Made by a program: the position numbers and the translations under genes. DNA of 64,000 nt from assembly GCA_020632235.1 (NCBI GenBank), contig JACKFY010000001.1, positions 159,334 to 223,333 of the forward strand. The letters run 5' to 3'. Below the pieces are notes generated by a model. The model searched no databases and was not told the origin of the DNA. It saw only the letters and a program-made list of their open reading frames with translations. Shown piece by piece: positions 9,990 to 18,498 of the stretch. Position 1 is the stretch's first letter, and each line of letters begins with the position of its first letter. Source of the DNA: Pseudomonadales bacterium. GTDB lineage: Bacteria > Patescibacteriota > Microgenomatia > UBA1400 > PJMF01.

Positions 9990-10055
9990 TCGGTTTCACT
10001 AAAATCACCCTTTTCACTTATTAGTGAAAGTACCCGATTTAGTGAAAATCACCAG
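9990..10055. promoter_or_regulatory. cluster of direct and inverted repeats (TTTCACT / AGTGAAA, AAAATCACC) in a divergent intergenic region
   Basis: The sequence TTTCACTAAAATCACCC-TTTTCACTTATTAGTGAAAG-...-TTAGTGAAAATCACC includes the perfect palindrome TTCACTTATTAGTGAA. It is a candidate operator, or origin-associated site, upstream of the 10156 ORF. Confidence 0.3.
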
Positions 10056-10155
10056 AGGCAATTTACACAAATAAACAGTAACTATCACAAAGTTTATTGA
10101 GATAAACATACGGTCCCGGCTAGGCTAGACATAGTTAATTTTAATCTGAATTTCT

Positions 10156-10410
10156 ATGTCACAAGCAAAACCTGCCACTTATCTCACCAGCGACCTTGCT
10201 CTCGCTACCACCATCTCCCTTAACTTTCCTATTGCAGATATTGATCGAGCCAATCCGCGCAAAGCGGTTTTTGTGTTTCAGCGGTCCCCGGAATTGGAAG
10301 CCTTAGTTGATTCTTACTTCACCCATCAGCTCAAAGTTTCTCCACAGATATTTTTCAACCAGTTACGTGATGTCAAAGCCAGGCTCTATGCCGAAAAACG
10401 ACCATGGTAA
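10156..10410 (+). CDS. hypothetical small protein
   Basis: 84-aa ORF downstream of the repeat-containing intergenic region. No family recognised. Confidence 0.3.
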   Translation: MSQAKPATYLTSDLALATTISLNFPIADIDRANPRKAVFVFQRSPELEALVDSYFTHQLKVSPQIFFNQLRDVKARLYAEKRPW

Positions 10411-10533
10411 GCCAACAACTATTACTCGAGCTGAAGAAAATCATCGAAGAAGACTATGGAATCAAACTAACTTTGGCCGAAGTCATGGAAGTGGCAACCA
10501 CCCTGGTCCAGTTTGCTGAAGTGGCCATGAAGA

Positions 10534-11070
10534 TTGAAGCCAAACCAACAGCTCTTAAGAAGCTTTGTTCAACAAATGAAAATGAAGATGTCAAAACAAC
10601 AACCCACAGACAATCTGTACCTCCAAATCTGGAGAAACCCTATTTTCAAGAATCTTCTTTTGGCGCAAGTAACAGCCGACCAATGGCATACCTTTACTGC
10701 TCTGGCAGTCTTCATGAACAAAAAGGGCGAATGTTACCCGTCTCAGAATAAACTCCAGATACTTGGTTTAAATAGTGTGGCTAGCGTGAGTAGAAGAATT
10801 GCCTCTTTAGAGAAGGCACGTTTTGAAGGCGAACCTTTAATCAAAGTCTTTCGAGATAAAAAGATGAAACGTAAAGGCAAATTCCTCTTTGCCAGCAATG
10901 GCTATCAGCTTAATCAAAACATCATTACTATCTTCGCTCCGCATGACACCACCATCGCATATAGGCGACAACAAATGGAAGCACTCAAAGAACTTAAGGC
11001 TAAAACCTTGGATTCATTAAGCATGGCTGCGTCACGGAAAGACGATAAACAAACTAGAAGGAGTTTTTAA
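10534..11070 (+). CDS. helix-turn-helix protein resembling plasmid/phage replication-initiator HTH (HTH_36-like)
   Basis: The segment CYPSQNKLQILGLNSVASVSRRIASLEKARF is typical of Rep-like winged-helix/HTH proteins. An iteron-like array follows immediately downstream. Confidence 0.4.
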   Translation: MKPNQQLLRSFVQQMKMKMSKQQPTDNLYLQIWRNPIFKNLLLAQVTADQWHTFTALAVFMNKKGECYPSQNKLQILGLNSVASVSRRIASLEKARFEGEPLIKVFRDKKMKRKGKFLFASNGYQLNQNIITIFAPHDTTIAYRRQQMEALKELKAKTLDSLSMAASRKDDKQTRRSF

Positions 11071-11184
11071 CAAAAAATTTAACGAAAACGGCGCCGTTTA
11101 TGAAAGACAAATCAATAGTAAAATCAACAGAACAACTTATAAGGAAGCTTGGTCAATTCCCGGTCAGAAATTGGTCAACTTTTT

Positions 11185-11440
11185 TGGGTGGGCAGAAGGT
11201 GGGCAAAATGCGGGCGGATTTAGAGGATTTTCAGGCTAAACAGGGTGTACAAAAGGTGGACAGAAATAGGACGGAAATACTTCACCAACGCTTCACTGAA
11301 ACTTCACCGGATTTTAGAGCTCTTAGCCTGAAAACCCTTCGGCAGCGCTTCGGCGCAGCTTCGGTGGTTTTGGAGAAGATTAGCCAAGAAAAATGTCGGC
11401 AACGTAACGGCAAACTGTCGGTGGTTTCGAACACATTTCT
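11185..11440. repeat. iteron-like array of short direct repeats with about 11-bp periodicity
   Basis: GGTGGGCA x2 plus TGCGGGCG, GGTGTACA/GGTGGACA, CTTCACC x3, CTTCGGC x3 and TGTCGGC x2, each set spaced by about 11 nt. The track ORF 11100-11543 covering this region is probably not coding. Confidence 0.5.
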
Positions 11441-11539
11441 CCTGCTTCCGTGTATAGCCCAATATATGCGGAATGTCCTGATTCAATTTGATATTCCCTC
11501 GAGTTACCTATATGTTGTTGTGTTGAAAAAGCCAGTCTC

Positions 11540-12797
11540 ATGAAAAGCGTTATATTCTGCCGAGTCTCCAGCAAAGAACAGGAAGAAACGGGCTACTCGC
11601 TCCCGGCGCAGGAGAAGTTCCTCAGAGAATATGGTGATAAACAAGGCTTGGAAGTTAAAAAAGTCTTTGCTATTTCCGAGTCAGCAGCAGGCAAAAGCCA
11701 ACGCAAGGTCTTTGAGGAAATGATCACCTATGTTAGGAAACAGAATATCTGTGCCATCATTGTCGAAACCACCGACCGTTTGACCAGAAACTTCTCCGAC
11801 GTGCCAACTATCGACCAATGGATTACCGAAACGAAACCACCAGATTCACTTAGCCAAAGAAGCCTGTGTCCTGCACAACTCCTCCTGTTCCACGAATGGT
11901 TTATGGCGGGTTAAAGTTGCTACTGCCGAGTATTACGTCCGCCTCCTTTCCGAGAATGTGAAGAAGGGACAAAAGAAAAGCTGGCACAAGGCTGGCTACC
12001 GACCAGACCACCGCTTGGCTACAAACTGTCGGCGAAACCGGCCACAAAATCCACATTATTGATGAAGGCGCTTCTAGGCTGGTGATCAAAATGTTTGAAC
12101 TCTCTGCCTCCGGCGATTATTCCATCAAGAAACTGGCCAACACCATGTATAAGGAAGGCATGAGATCGCCTCAGGGAAATAAGCTGGCGGTCAGTCGAAC
12201 ACACTCCCTACTGCGCGATCCCTTCTATATGGGTAAGATTAGATGGAACGATGAGATTTATGAAGGCAAACAGGAACCATTAATCAGTAAAGAAGTATTC
12301 GATAAAGTTCAGAAGTTACTCAAAAGCAAAACCACACCCACTTATATGAAACACAGTTATTTATTCAAAGGTTTAATTCGCTGCGCTACCTGCAAAGGGC
12401 TGATCACCTGGGAGTTTCATAGTGGCCATCGTTACAGCCACTGCAACCACTACAACGAATGTGATCAGGAAACCCGCACGAGGCAGTTTCTAGAAGAATG
12501 GACAAGTTATACGACGACAAACTTGATGAAAAAATCACCCAGGAGTTTTATAACCGCAAGTTTAAGCAGTACTCAAAGGAAAAAGACGAGCTGACTGAAA
12601 CCATCAAGAGGCACTCCACCGCCAGCACCGGTTACCTGAATCTGGGCATCAACCTCTATGAACTCTCTCAGCGGGCCAAAGAAATCTACTTAACCGCCAA
12701 AAGAAGGAGATGCTAGACGAACAACGCGCACTTATAAGGCTGGTCTTTAAGAAACTCATCTTAGATGAAGGAAAACTCAGCTGGGAATACTCCTGAG
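11540..12797 (+). pseudogene. large serine recombinase (resolvase/integrase family) disrupted by frameshifts
   Basis: The resolvase catalytic N-domain (VIFCRVSSKEQ...) is in ORF 11540-11914. The SENVKKGQKK...GYRPD segment is readable only in another frame at 11915-12080. The recombinase-domain plus zinc-ribbon piece (CATCKG...HCNHYNEC) is in 12082-12594, and the coiled-coil tail is in 12498-12716, continuing in yet another frame to about 12797. Confidence 0.7.
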
Positions 12798-12941
12798 CCT
12801 TTAAGATCCTGTCTGAGGCAGTAAGTCAGACAAATTGTTCTAAAGTGGAAAATTTGGAGGGTTTGAAAAAGAAACTTTCGAACATCGAGAAAGAGCGATG
12901 TTTCGGGACAAAGGACTCTTTGTTGCCCTCTCATGCCATCT

Positions 12942-13013
12942 GGCCCCCGGGAGGATTCGAACCTCCAACCTACCGGTTAACAGCCGGGCGCTCTGCCATT
13001 GAGCTACAGGGGA
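12942..13013 (-). tRNA. tRNA-Asn (anticodon GTT), no encoded CCA, predicted 1:72 T-C mismatch
   Basis: The reverse complement reads TCCCCTG-TA-GCTC-AATGGCA-GAGC-G-CCCGG-CTGTTAA-CCGGT-AGGTT-GGAGG-TTCGAAT-CCTCC-CGGGGGC-C. This gives a cloverleaf with the GTT anticodon and a canonical T-loop, and the 3' end faces the recombinase pseudogene. Confidence 0.6.
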
Positions 13014-13029
13014 TTGTTAAGTATCTTTA

Positions 13030-13090
13030 TCAGCCGGGCGCCCTGCTTGCGCAGGCAGGTCTGCACAGTGAGCCACAGGGTGTCACCTTG
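13030..13090. repeat. degenerate partial duplicate of the tRNA-Asn 5' half
   Basis: CAGCCGGGCGCCCTGC...CTGCACAGTGAGCCACAGGGTG parallels CAGCCGGGCGCTCTGCCATTGAGCTACAGGGG within the tRNA. Confidence 0.35.
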
Positions 13091-13192
13091 TTTTCCCACA
13101 GGTGAAAGTATACCCCATCACCCTTATTTTTTCAGCATGATGTTGTTGTCATCGGCCTTGACATGACGCATGAGTGCTTTCACACTAGAGGT

Positions 13193-13492
13193 ATGTATGC
13201 TACTAGCCTCGCTCTTTCTCGACAAGCTGAAGTGCTTGGTGTTTTGGCAAACCAAACCCGCCTGCACATGCTCTACCTACTTGGTCAGCGCGCACGCACG
13301 GTGCAAGAGTTGGTTGTCCAAACAGGTAAGTCGCAATCAAGCACTAGTCAACACCTAAAAATTCTTCGAGAGACGGGCGTTGTAGAGGTTTCTGCCATGG
13401 GTCGCTACCGGGTGTACTCACTGTCCCACCAAGGCTATGCTGATATGCAAGAGTTATTGTTTGTGGTGCTGCGCCGGCAGGGAGAGCGCTAG
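13193..13492 (+). CDS. ArsR/SmtB family transcriptional regulator
   Basis: A winged HTH spans LANQTRLHMLYLL...RTVQELVVQTGKSQSSTSQHLKILRETGVV. The start was chosen at the internal Met (MYATS); the ORF opens at 13163. Confidence 0.7.
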   Translation: MYATSLALSRQAEVLGVLANQTRLHMLYLLGQRARTVQELVVQTGKSQSSTSQHLKILRETGVVEVSAMGRYRVYSLSHQGYADMQELLFVVLRRQGER

Positions 13493-14511
13493 TAGCCAAT
13501 AGTTTTTTTCAAAAATGGCGTTTTACTGATCATAAACGACAAGAGAAAACTGGCTATAACACTCAAAACGATATGCATGAGGAGTGTGGGCGTGCTTACT
13601 TGAAACGATTCAGATAGCTTGAACCAATCCCACACCATGTCTTGGACAAATGGAGAAATAAGATACACACCAAACGTCAATCCAGCCAGCTGAGAGAGCA
13701 TACTTTGTGTGCCGTGAGAGAGAGACTGAAAGTAGGGTTCTTTTTTTTGAAAGAGAAGAAAAATGCTGATAGCTTGCATCGCAACAATGGGGTTGGTGTA
13801 GTCATAAAAGTAGGTGGGGCTCCAGTGGTTGGTAAAAAAACGGTAGCTGGTGAGCAAAAGTATCAAGAGTGAGGCGCTCAAAAATGTTGCCACAAGCCAC
13901 GTTTTTTTGACTAGATGCTGTGTGTACTCTAGGGCTTTGGGTGCGGTGTAGTAAAAGAGAAAAGGTATCCACAACACATAGAGAAAGTCACGATGCCACC
14001 AGGTGAGAAAGGGGGCAAAAAAAAGAGCTACCAGCCCAATGGTGTTTTTGGGTGAAAGTTGTGAAAATATACTACGCAGCAGAGGGGTGACAACGTACAG
14101 CCCAGCTATAATGAACAAAAAATAGAGGTGATACTGTGGTGCTTGGTAAAGCAGTGTGTGCTTAAGAAATGAGGGCGAGAGCATGCCTACCACGTTACTT
14201 TTATTAACCCAAAACAGATAAAACAGCCACCAGAACACAAGAGGAATAGCCACACGAGCAACTCTCTTTTTATAAAAAACACTCGCGGGCTCTTGTGCGT
14301 TAGGCTTGAGTAGTAGCGCTCCGCTCGCCATGATAAACACAGGCACGGCCCATCTGCTCAGGGCGTGGAGTATGTTGGTTGTCCACCAGTCCAGAGAGGG
14401 AATGCTGGTATAGAGATAGAGTAAACCAGCACTCGAGTGAATAGCCACTACCGCTACAATAGCTAGGATTTTGAGTACATCAAGGTAGATAGTGCGCTGC
14501 ATACAATACAA
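13489..14511 (-). CDS. acyltransferase family 3 integral membrane protein
   Basis: 340 aa with about 10 TM helices and an N-terminal YLDVLKILAIVAVVAIH motif typical of acyltransferase_3 (OatA-like) enzymes. Confidence 0.7.
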   Translation of the reverse strand: MYCMQRTIYLDVLKILAIVAVVAIHSSAGLLYLYTSIPSLDWWTTNILHALSRWAVPVFIMASGALLLKPNAQEPASVFYKKRVARVAIPLVFWWLFYLFWVNKSNVVGMLSPSFLKHTLLYQAPQYHLYFLFIIAGLYVVTPLLRSIFSQLSPKNTIGLVALFFAPFLTWWHRDFLYVLWIPFLFYYTAPKALEYTQHLVKKTWLVATFLSASLLILLLTSYRFFTNHWSPTYFYDYTNPIVAMQAISIFLLFQKKEPYFQSLSHGTQSMLSQLAGLTFGVYLISPFVQDMVWDWFKLSESFQVSTPTLLMHIVLSVIASFLLSFMISKTPFLKKTIGY

Positions 14512-14573
14512 AAGCCCCTCACTTTTTCACTTGGATTGTACCAGGAGCCAAAGTGAGGGATTATCTGTTTTTA

Positions 14574-15320
14574 TTAAAGATATTGATCGATCATCGGTTT
14601 GATCTGCTCGACGGGAAGTGCGCCAGAGATGAGTTCTTGAGCACCATCAGCAGTCATGATAAAGGTAGCGGGAGTACCGGTGACCCCGGCTGCCGTGCCT
14701 TCACTCAGCTGTGTTTTGACCAGATCTGCCATCTCACCACTATCAAGACACTCGGTGAATGCTGCTTCGTTTACACCTGCCTCTGTGGCGGCCTGGGTGA
14801 TTGACTCAGGTTCTAACTTACCACCCATTTCCTCATTGATGGCAAAGATAGCATCAGCATAGCTCCAAAACGCTTCTTCTCCACCTAATTTGGCTACACA
14901 CTCGCTGCCTTCAGCTGCTTTTTGGGCATCATCATGAAATGAGAGTGGGTAGTGCCTGTACACCAGGGCTATATCATCGCCATAGTCGGACAAGAGCTGC
15001 TTGGTTGTCGGGTGGAATCGCTGACAGTAGGGACACTCAAAGTCTGAGTACTCTACCAAGACAACAGGTGCATCGGGCCTACCAATGATGTGATCTTCAC
15101 CCGTGACTGGTGGTACAGCGGCTAGCTGCTCGGCGGTAGGGCCGGTCTCTGTGGGTGCTTGTGCTGTTGGGGTTGTGCCCAGGGCAGTGCCACCCAGAGA
15201 TCCTTCCTTGAGCATCTTGTTTTCCGTCCACATCGAGCCCATGAAAAACCCGAGGGCAAACGCAACGACTGCGATGATAACCATGAGTGGCGTGTTGCTT
15301 TGGTGTGTATCTGCTGGCAT
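14574..15320 (-). CDS. DsbA/BdbD-like thiol:disulfide oxidoreductase (thioredoxin fold, CPYC)
   Basis: An N-terminal TM anchor is followed by a FECPYCQRFHP active site and a DsbA-like helical insertion. Confidence 0.75.
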   Translation of the reverse strand: MPADTHQSNTPLMVIIAVVAFALGFFMGSMWTENKMLKEGSLGGTALGTTPTAQAPTETGPTAEQLAAVPPVTGEDHIIGRPDAPVVLVEYSDFECPYCQRFHPTTKQLLSDYGDDIALVYRHYPLSFHDDAQKAAEGSECVAKLGGEEAFWSYADAIFAINEEMGGKLEPESITQAATEAGVNEAAFTECLDSGEMADLVKTQLSEGTAAGVTGTPATFIMTADGAQELISGALPVEQIKPMIDQYL

Positions 15321-15409
15321 AGGTGCTTTCTATGTACGGTGTATTTATTACGTGTTGTATCTGCGAGTGATCAGTATAGAGGGCAATAGAGATTCTGACA
15401 AGAGAGTGT

Positions 15410-17011
15410 TTATTCTCTTGCTTCCCGTATTTCTACAGTATTGTTATCCTCAGACATCATTTCTTGATCGAAGGCGGCATCTTGTCTCATTGAGTCTTTT
15501 TGGGTCTCGATTACAGATGGTGGCGCTTGCATCACTTCTTGGGGTGCTACGACGGGTGCATCAATTTTTTGCTCTGTTACTGCCGGAGTAGCGGTAGGAC
15601 AGAATGCGCCTAACACATTGCACGTCATGCCGGACCGAGCCAAAAAGGCAGGATCTGCCACCCCAATAGCAGGAGAGGTGGGAAGCAGACGAAAATCAAA
15701 GTTTGCCATACCCACATAGAGTGGGTCTGCCTCTACTTTGTTGGGGAAGTCGCAAATTTCATGTCGACCACAGCCTGTATTTTGTCCTTCATTTGCCCAG
15801 ACTAGGTTGTGGTGGATGTCATCGTTGGCCATATTTTCTGGCACCCCTGCATATGCCCCACCGATCCCAAACCCATAGGTGCCATCGGTGTTTTTTCTAG
15901 TGTGAGTGAAGATGTTGTTTACTAGTGTGACCGATGGATTATGGTCTCCTTCTGAGTAAATGTTGATTCCCACTACTCTATTATGAAAAAAGGTGTTGTT
16001 AATTGCAGTAATTTGGGCTTGTCCGTCTGCAAACACTCCATTCAGTTCATTTTCGTACACAGAAGATTGAGTAATAGTGAGTGAGCTTTGATTTCCCGCT
16101 CGCACCCCACTTAATCCGTTGGAATACGCAGAAGATTGGCCAATAGTGAGTGAGCTTTGATCTACTAATGCAATACCGTATTGCTCATTATCATATACAG
16201 AAGATCTTGCAACTGTCGTACTGCTAGATCCATGTAATACTAATCCTTGGCGCCCATTTTCATATAGTGATGAGTCCAATATACTTACATTTGAGTTGTC
16301 ATGTACGTATACGCCATTATCACTACAGTTAGTTATAACAATGTTGCTTATTCTGCCTCTAGTATCATTGCCAAAACTAAAACAACTCGCCGTACTATTA
16401 TAAATACCCATATTTGAAATAATCAGGCCTCCTACTTCCGTTACCCGAAAGCCATCCACCCTACATCCCTGTGGTACCTCGGTTTTATTAAAGTCTATGC
16501 CCACATCACCCTCACCTTTGAGGTACACAGCCTTATCGCCAATATTGATAGAGAAGTTGTCGCATGTTTGACCCATCGCTTTGTAATACCCATTTTTGAT
16601 ATTGATGGTAGTTAGCCCCGTAGTAGGGGCGCTGTCTATTGCCTGTCTGATACCAGCAAACCCTACAAAATCACACCCAGGTGATTGTTCTGGACAAACA
16701 GTTAAATCTGGATTCCCAGTCCCCGGAGCAGTCTTTGCTTGTTGCCTAACATCTTGGCTAGAGCCCATCAAGAGCATGCTGGTTGCCATACCCACGGCCA
16801 GTATGAGAAATAGAAGTGAAGCAAATGCTCGCTTGGCGACTTGCTTATATGAGAGTGCTTTTGTGGTACTGGGACTGTGTTTTGAGCCGGGTGTTTCTGC
16901 TGCCGGCGGGTGTTTGTTACCTGAAACACCAGAAAAGGTGTTTTTGATGGTGGAGGGAGTAAAATTATGCATCAAGCATTTACTATGCACAAAGAGAAAG
17001 CCTTTTGTCAA
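15410..17011 (-). CDS. secreted right-handed parallel beta-helix repeat protein
   Basis: A signal-anchor is followed by repeated xxNGxxGVxxxxSSxxTIxxSSVYxN units characteristic of pectate-lyase-like beta-helix repeats. Confidence 0.6.
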   Translation of the reverse strand: MTKGFLFVHSKCLMHNFTPSTIKNTFSGVSGNKHPPAAETPGSKHSPSTTKALSYKQVAKRAFASLLFLILAVGMATSMLLMGSSQDVRQQAKTAPGTGNPDLTVCPEQSPGCDFVGFAGIRQAIDSAPTTGLTTINIKNGYYKAMGQTCDNFSINIGDKAVYLKGEGDVGIDFNKTEVPQGCRVDGFRVTEVGGLIISNMGIYNSTASCFSFGNDTRGRISNIVITNCSDNGVYVHDNSNVSILDSSLYENGRQGLVLHGSSSTTVARSSVYDNEQYGIALVDQSSLTIGQSSAYSNGLSGVRAGNQSSLTITQSSVYENELNGVFADGQAQITAINNTFFHNRVVGINIYSEGDHNPSVTLVNNIFTHTRKNTDGTYGFGIGGAYAGVPENMANDDIHHNLVWANEGQNTGCGRHEICDFPNKVEADPLYVGMANFDFRLLPTSPAIGVADPAFLARSGMTCNVLGAFCPTATPAVTEQKIDAPVVAPQEVMQAPPSVIETQKDSMRQDAAFDQEMMSEDNNTVEIREARE

Positions 17012-17071
17012 GCTTGAAAGAAAGCTGCGCAGTTCACTAGAAGGTAGGGTTTTTTACAGAGGTTATGTTTA

Positions 17072-17806
17072 GTGCTATACTTTTATTGTATGACAGATAA
17101 AACACTTTCTACACCAAGTAGTACGACCAGTGAGCCTCAGATGTATGTGGCTGAAGGGCAAAAGAAACGAAGTGTAAAAGATACCGTTGCTCGGATTGTG
17201 AAAGCTGCCAAGATAGGCGTGACGTTGGTACTACTAGCAATTTTTGTGTTTGGTGCCTACTCTGTGTGGCGGCTTGTCTCTCCGTCTTCTGGCACTGTGG
17301 CGGTTGATACTTCCCGCGAGAGTGTGGTGAGCAAGATCCAGAGCTTGCAGCGGGTCGAGACTACGCAATTTACGATAGAAAAAATTATCTCGGCTGGAAC
17401 AGAATCAAACAATAGGTTTGACGAGTTGTTGTTTGAAGACAGACTGTTGCTGGTGGCACACGGAGTAGTAACGGCGGGCGTGGACGTCTCTTCACTACAC
17501 AAAGATGACGTGACTGTTACTGGTAGCACACTCACACTTCGCCTGCCACCCACCAAGATCTTGACCACTACCCTTGATAACAACAAAACAACAGTGTATG
17601 ACCGTCAGCAGGGCTTTTTGATCCAGGCAGACAAAGACTTAGAAAGTACTGCTAGACAGGCAGCCCAAGAAGAAATAAGCAAAACCGCGTGTGAGAGGGA
17701 TATCCTGGTACAAGCTGCCACCAATGCCCAGACGATGTTTGAGCAGATGTTTTTGCTGGCAGGCTTTGAGAGGGTGGAGGTGCTGGTAGCAGCGGGGAGT
17801 TGCTAG
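17072..17806 (+). CDS. DUF4230-like membrane-anchored protein
   Basis: An N-terminal TM is followed by the pattern GVVTAGVDVS...LTLRLPPTKIL...D, which matches my recollection of DUF4230. Not verified. Confidence 0.45.
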   Translation: MLYFYCMTDKTLSTPSSTTSEPQMYVAEGQKKRSVKDTVARIVKAAKIGVTLVLLAIFVFGAYSVWRLVSPSSGTVAVDTSRESVVSKIQSLQRVETTQFTIEKIISAGTESNNRFDELLFEDRLLLVAHGVVTAGVDVSSLHKDDVTVTGSTLTLRLPPTKILTTTLDNNKTTVYDRQQGFLIQADKDLESTARQAAQEEISKTACERDILVQAATNAQTMFEQMFLLAGFERVEVLVAAGSC

Positions 17807-17835
17807 GCTCATTTTTTTCAAGTTGAAAAATTTCT

Positions 17836-18498
17836 ATGACTGTTCGAACATTCTGCACAAAGTGGGGCGCGGTAGTTTCAGATGAGTGCCTAGAGTTGTG
17901 TAGCATTGCCGATGCGTATATGCGCAGAAGCAAAGACCCCTTGCACATGCTAGAACACACTCATTCATTACTGACCAATCTAGACTGGCTCTACACTCGG
18001 CGCCCAGAGTTACGAGAGCGTGTGAATCATACCGTGTTGTTGTTGGCTATCTCTTGGCATGATGTGTGGCGTTCGACAAAAAAGTTTGGCTCTCTTATCG
18101 ATATCATAGTAGCATTTGTGTGGGATGGGCGTGGTTCGTCTCGGTTGTTTCAAAGGTACGCTCGTCAGTATCAGCTGGACGAAGAGGTGCTTGCGCAGGT
18201 GTCATACGCTATTGGCAAACATGACTCGTTTCACTTGAGGGGTAGAAAAACACTTGAGTCACGCATCCTCAAAGACATTGACGAGATGGAGGTATTTGAT
18301 GTGCGACGTTTTGTAGCGCTCAAACAACACGTGATGCCCGAATCGCTGGGGTTTGGTGTGCATGCTGGCATGCGGTTTTTCTTGCGCATGAAACTGCGCC
18401 GCTCAAAAAACAGTGCCTACTTTGCAGAAACAAGAGAGTACATCGTGGCTGAACAGACGCGCTTTCTGGAGTATCTTAGCCAAACGGCTGTTTCATAA
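17836..18498 (+). CDS. hypothetical protein, possible HD-domain phosphohydrolase
   Basis: The spacing HxxH (LEHTHSLL) ... HD (ISWHDVWR) ... D resembles HD-domain metal ligands. This is weak evidence. Confidence 0.35.
   Translation: MTVRTFCTKWGAVVSDECLELCSIADAYMRRSKDPLHMLEHTHSLLTNLDWLYTRRPELRERVNHTVLLLAISWHDVWRSTKKFGSLIDIIVAFVWDGRGSSRLFQRYARQYQLDEEVLAQVSYAIGKHDSFHLRGRKTLESRILKDIDEMEVFDVRRFVALKQHVMPESLGFGVHAGMRFFLRMKLRRSKNSAYFAETREYIVAEQTRFLEYLSQTAVS

Noticed and set aside
10404-10751. 115-aa ORF overlapping the start of the Rep-like gene
   Set aside because: Only the first roughly 45 residues look protein-like, and the rest overlaps the better-supported 10534-11070 frame. It may be a short real gene (10404 to about 10540), but that could not be supported.
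11100-11543. 147-aa ORF called over the repeat region
   Set aside because: The DNA under it is dominated by phased 7-8-bp direct repeats (iteron-like). The repetitive peptide is more parsimoniously a by-product of DNA repeats than a real protein.
13163-13192. Upstream extension of the ArsR-family gene (MTHECFHTRG...)
   Set aside because: The HTH core begins well after the internal Met. The extension is not needed for the domain, so the shorter start was preferred. The evidence for this choice is weak.
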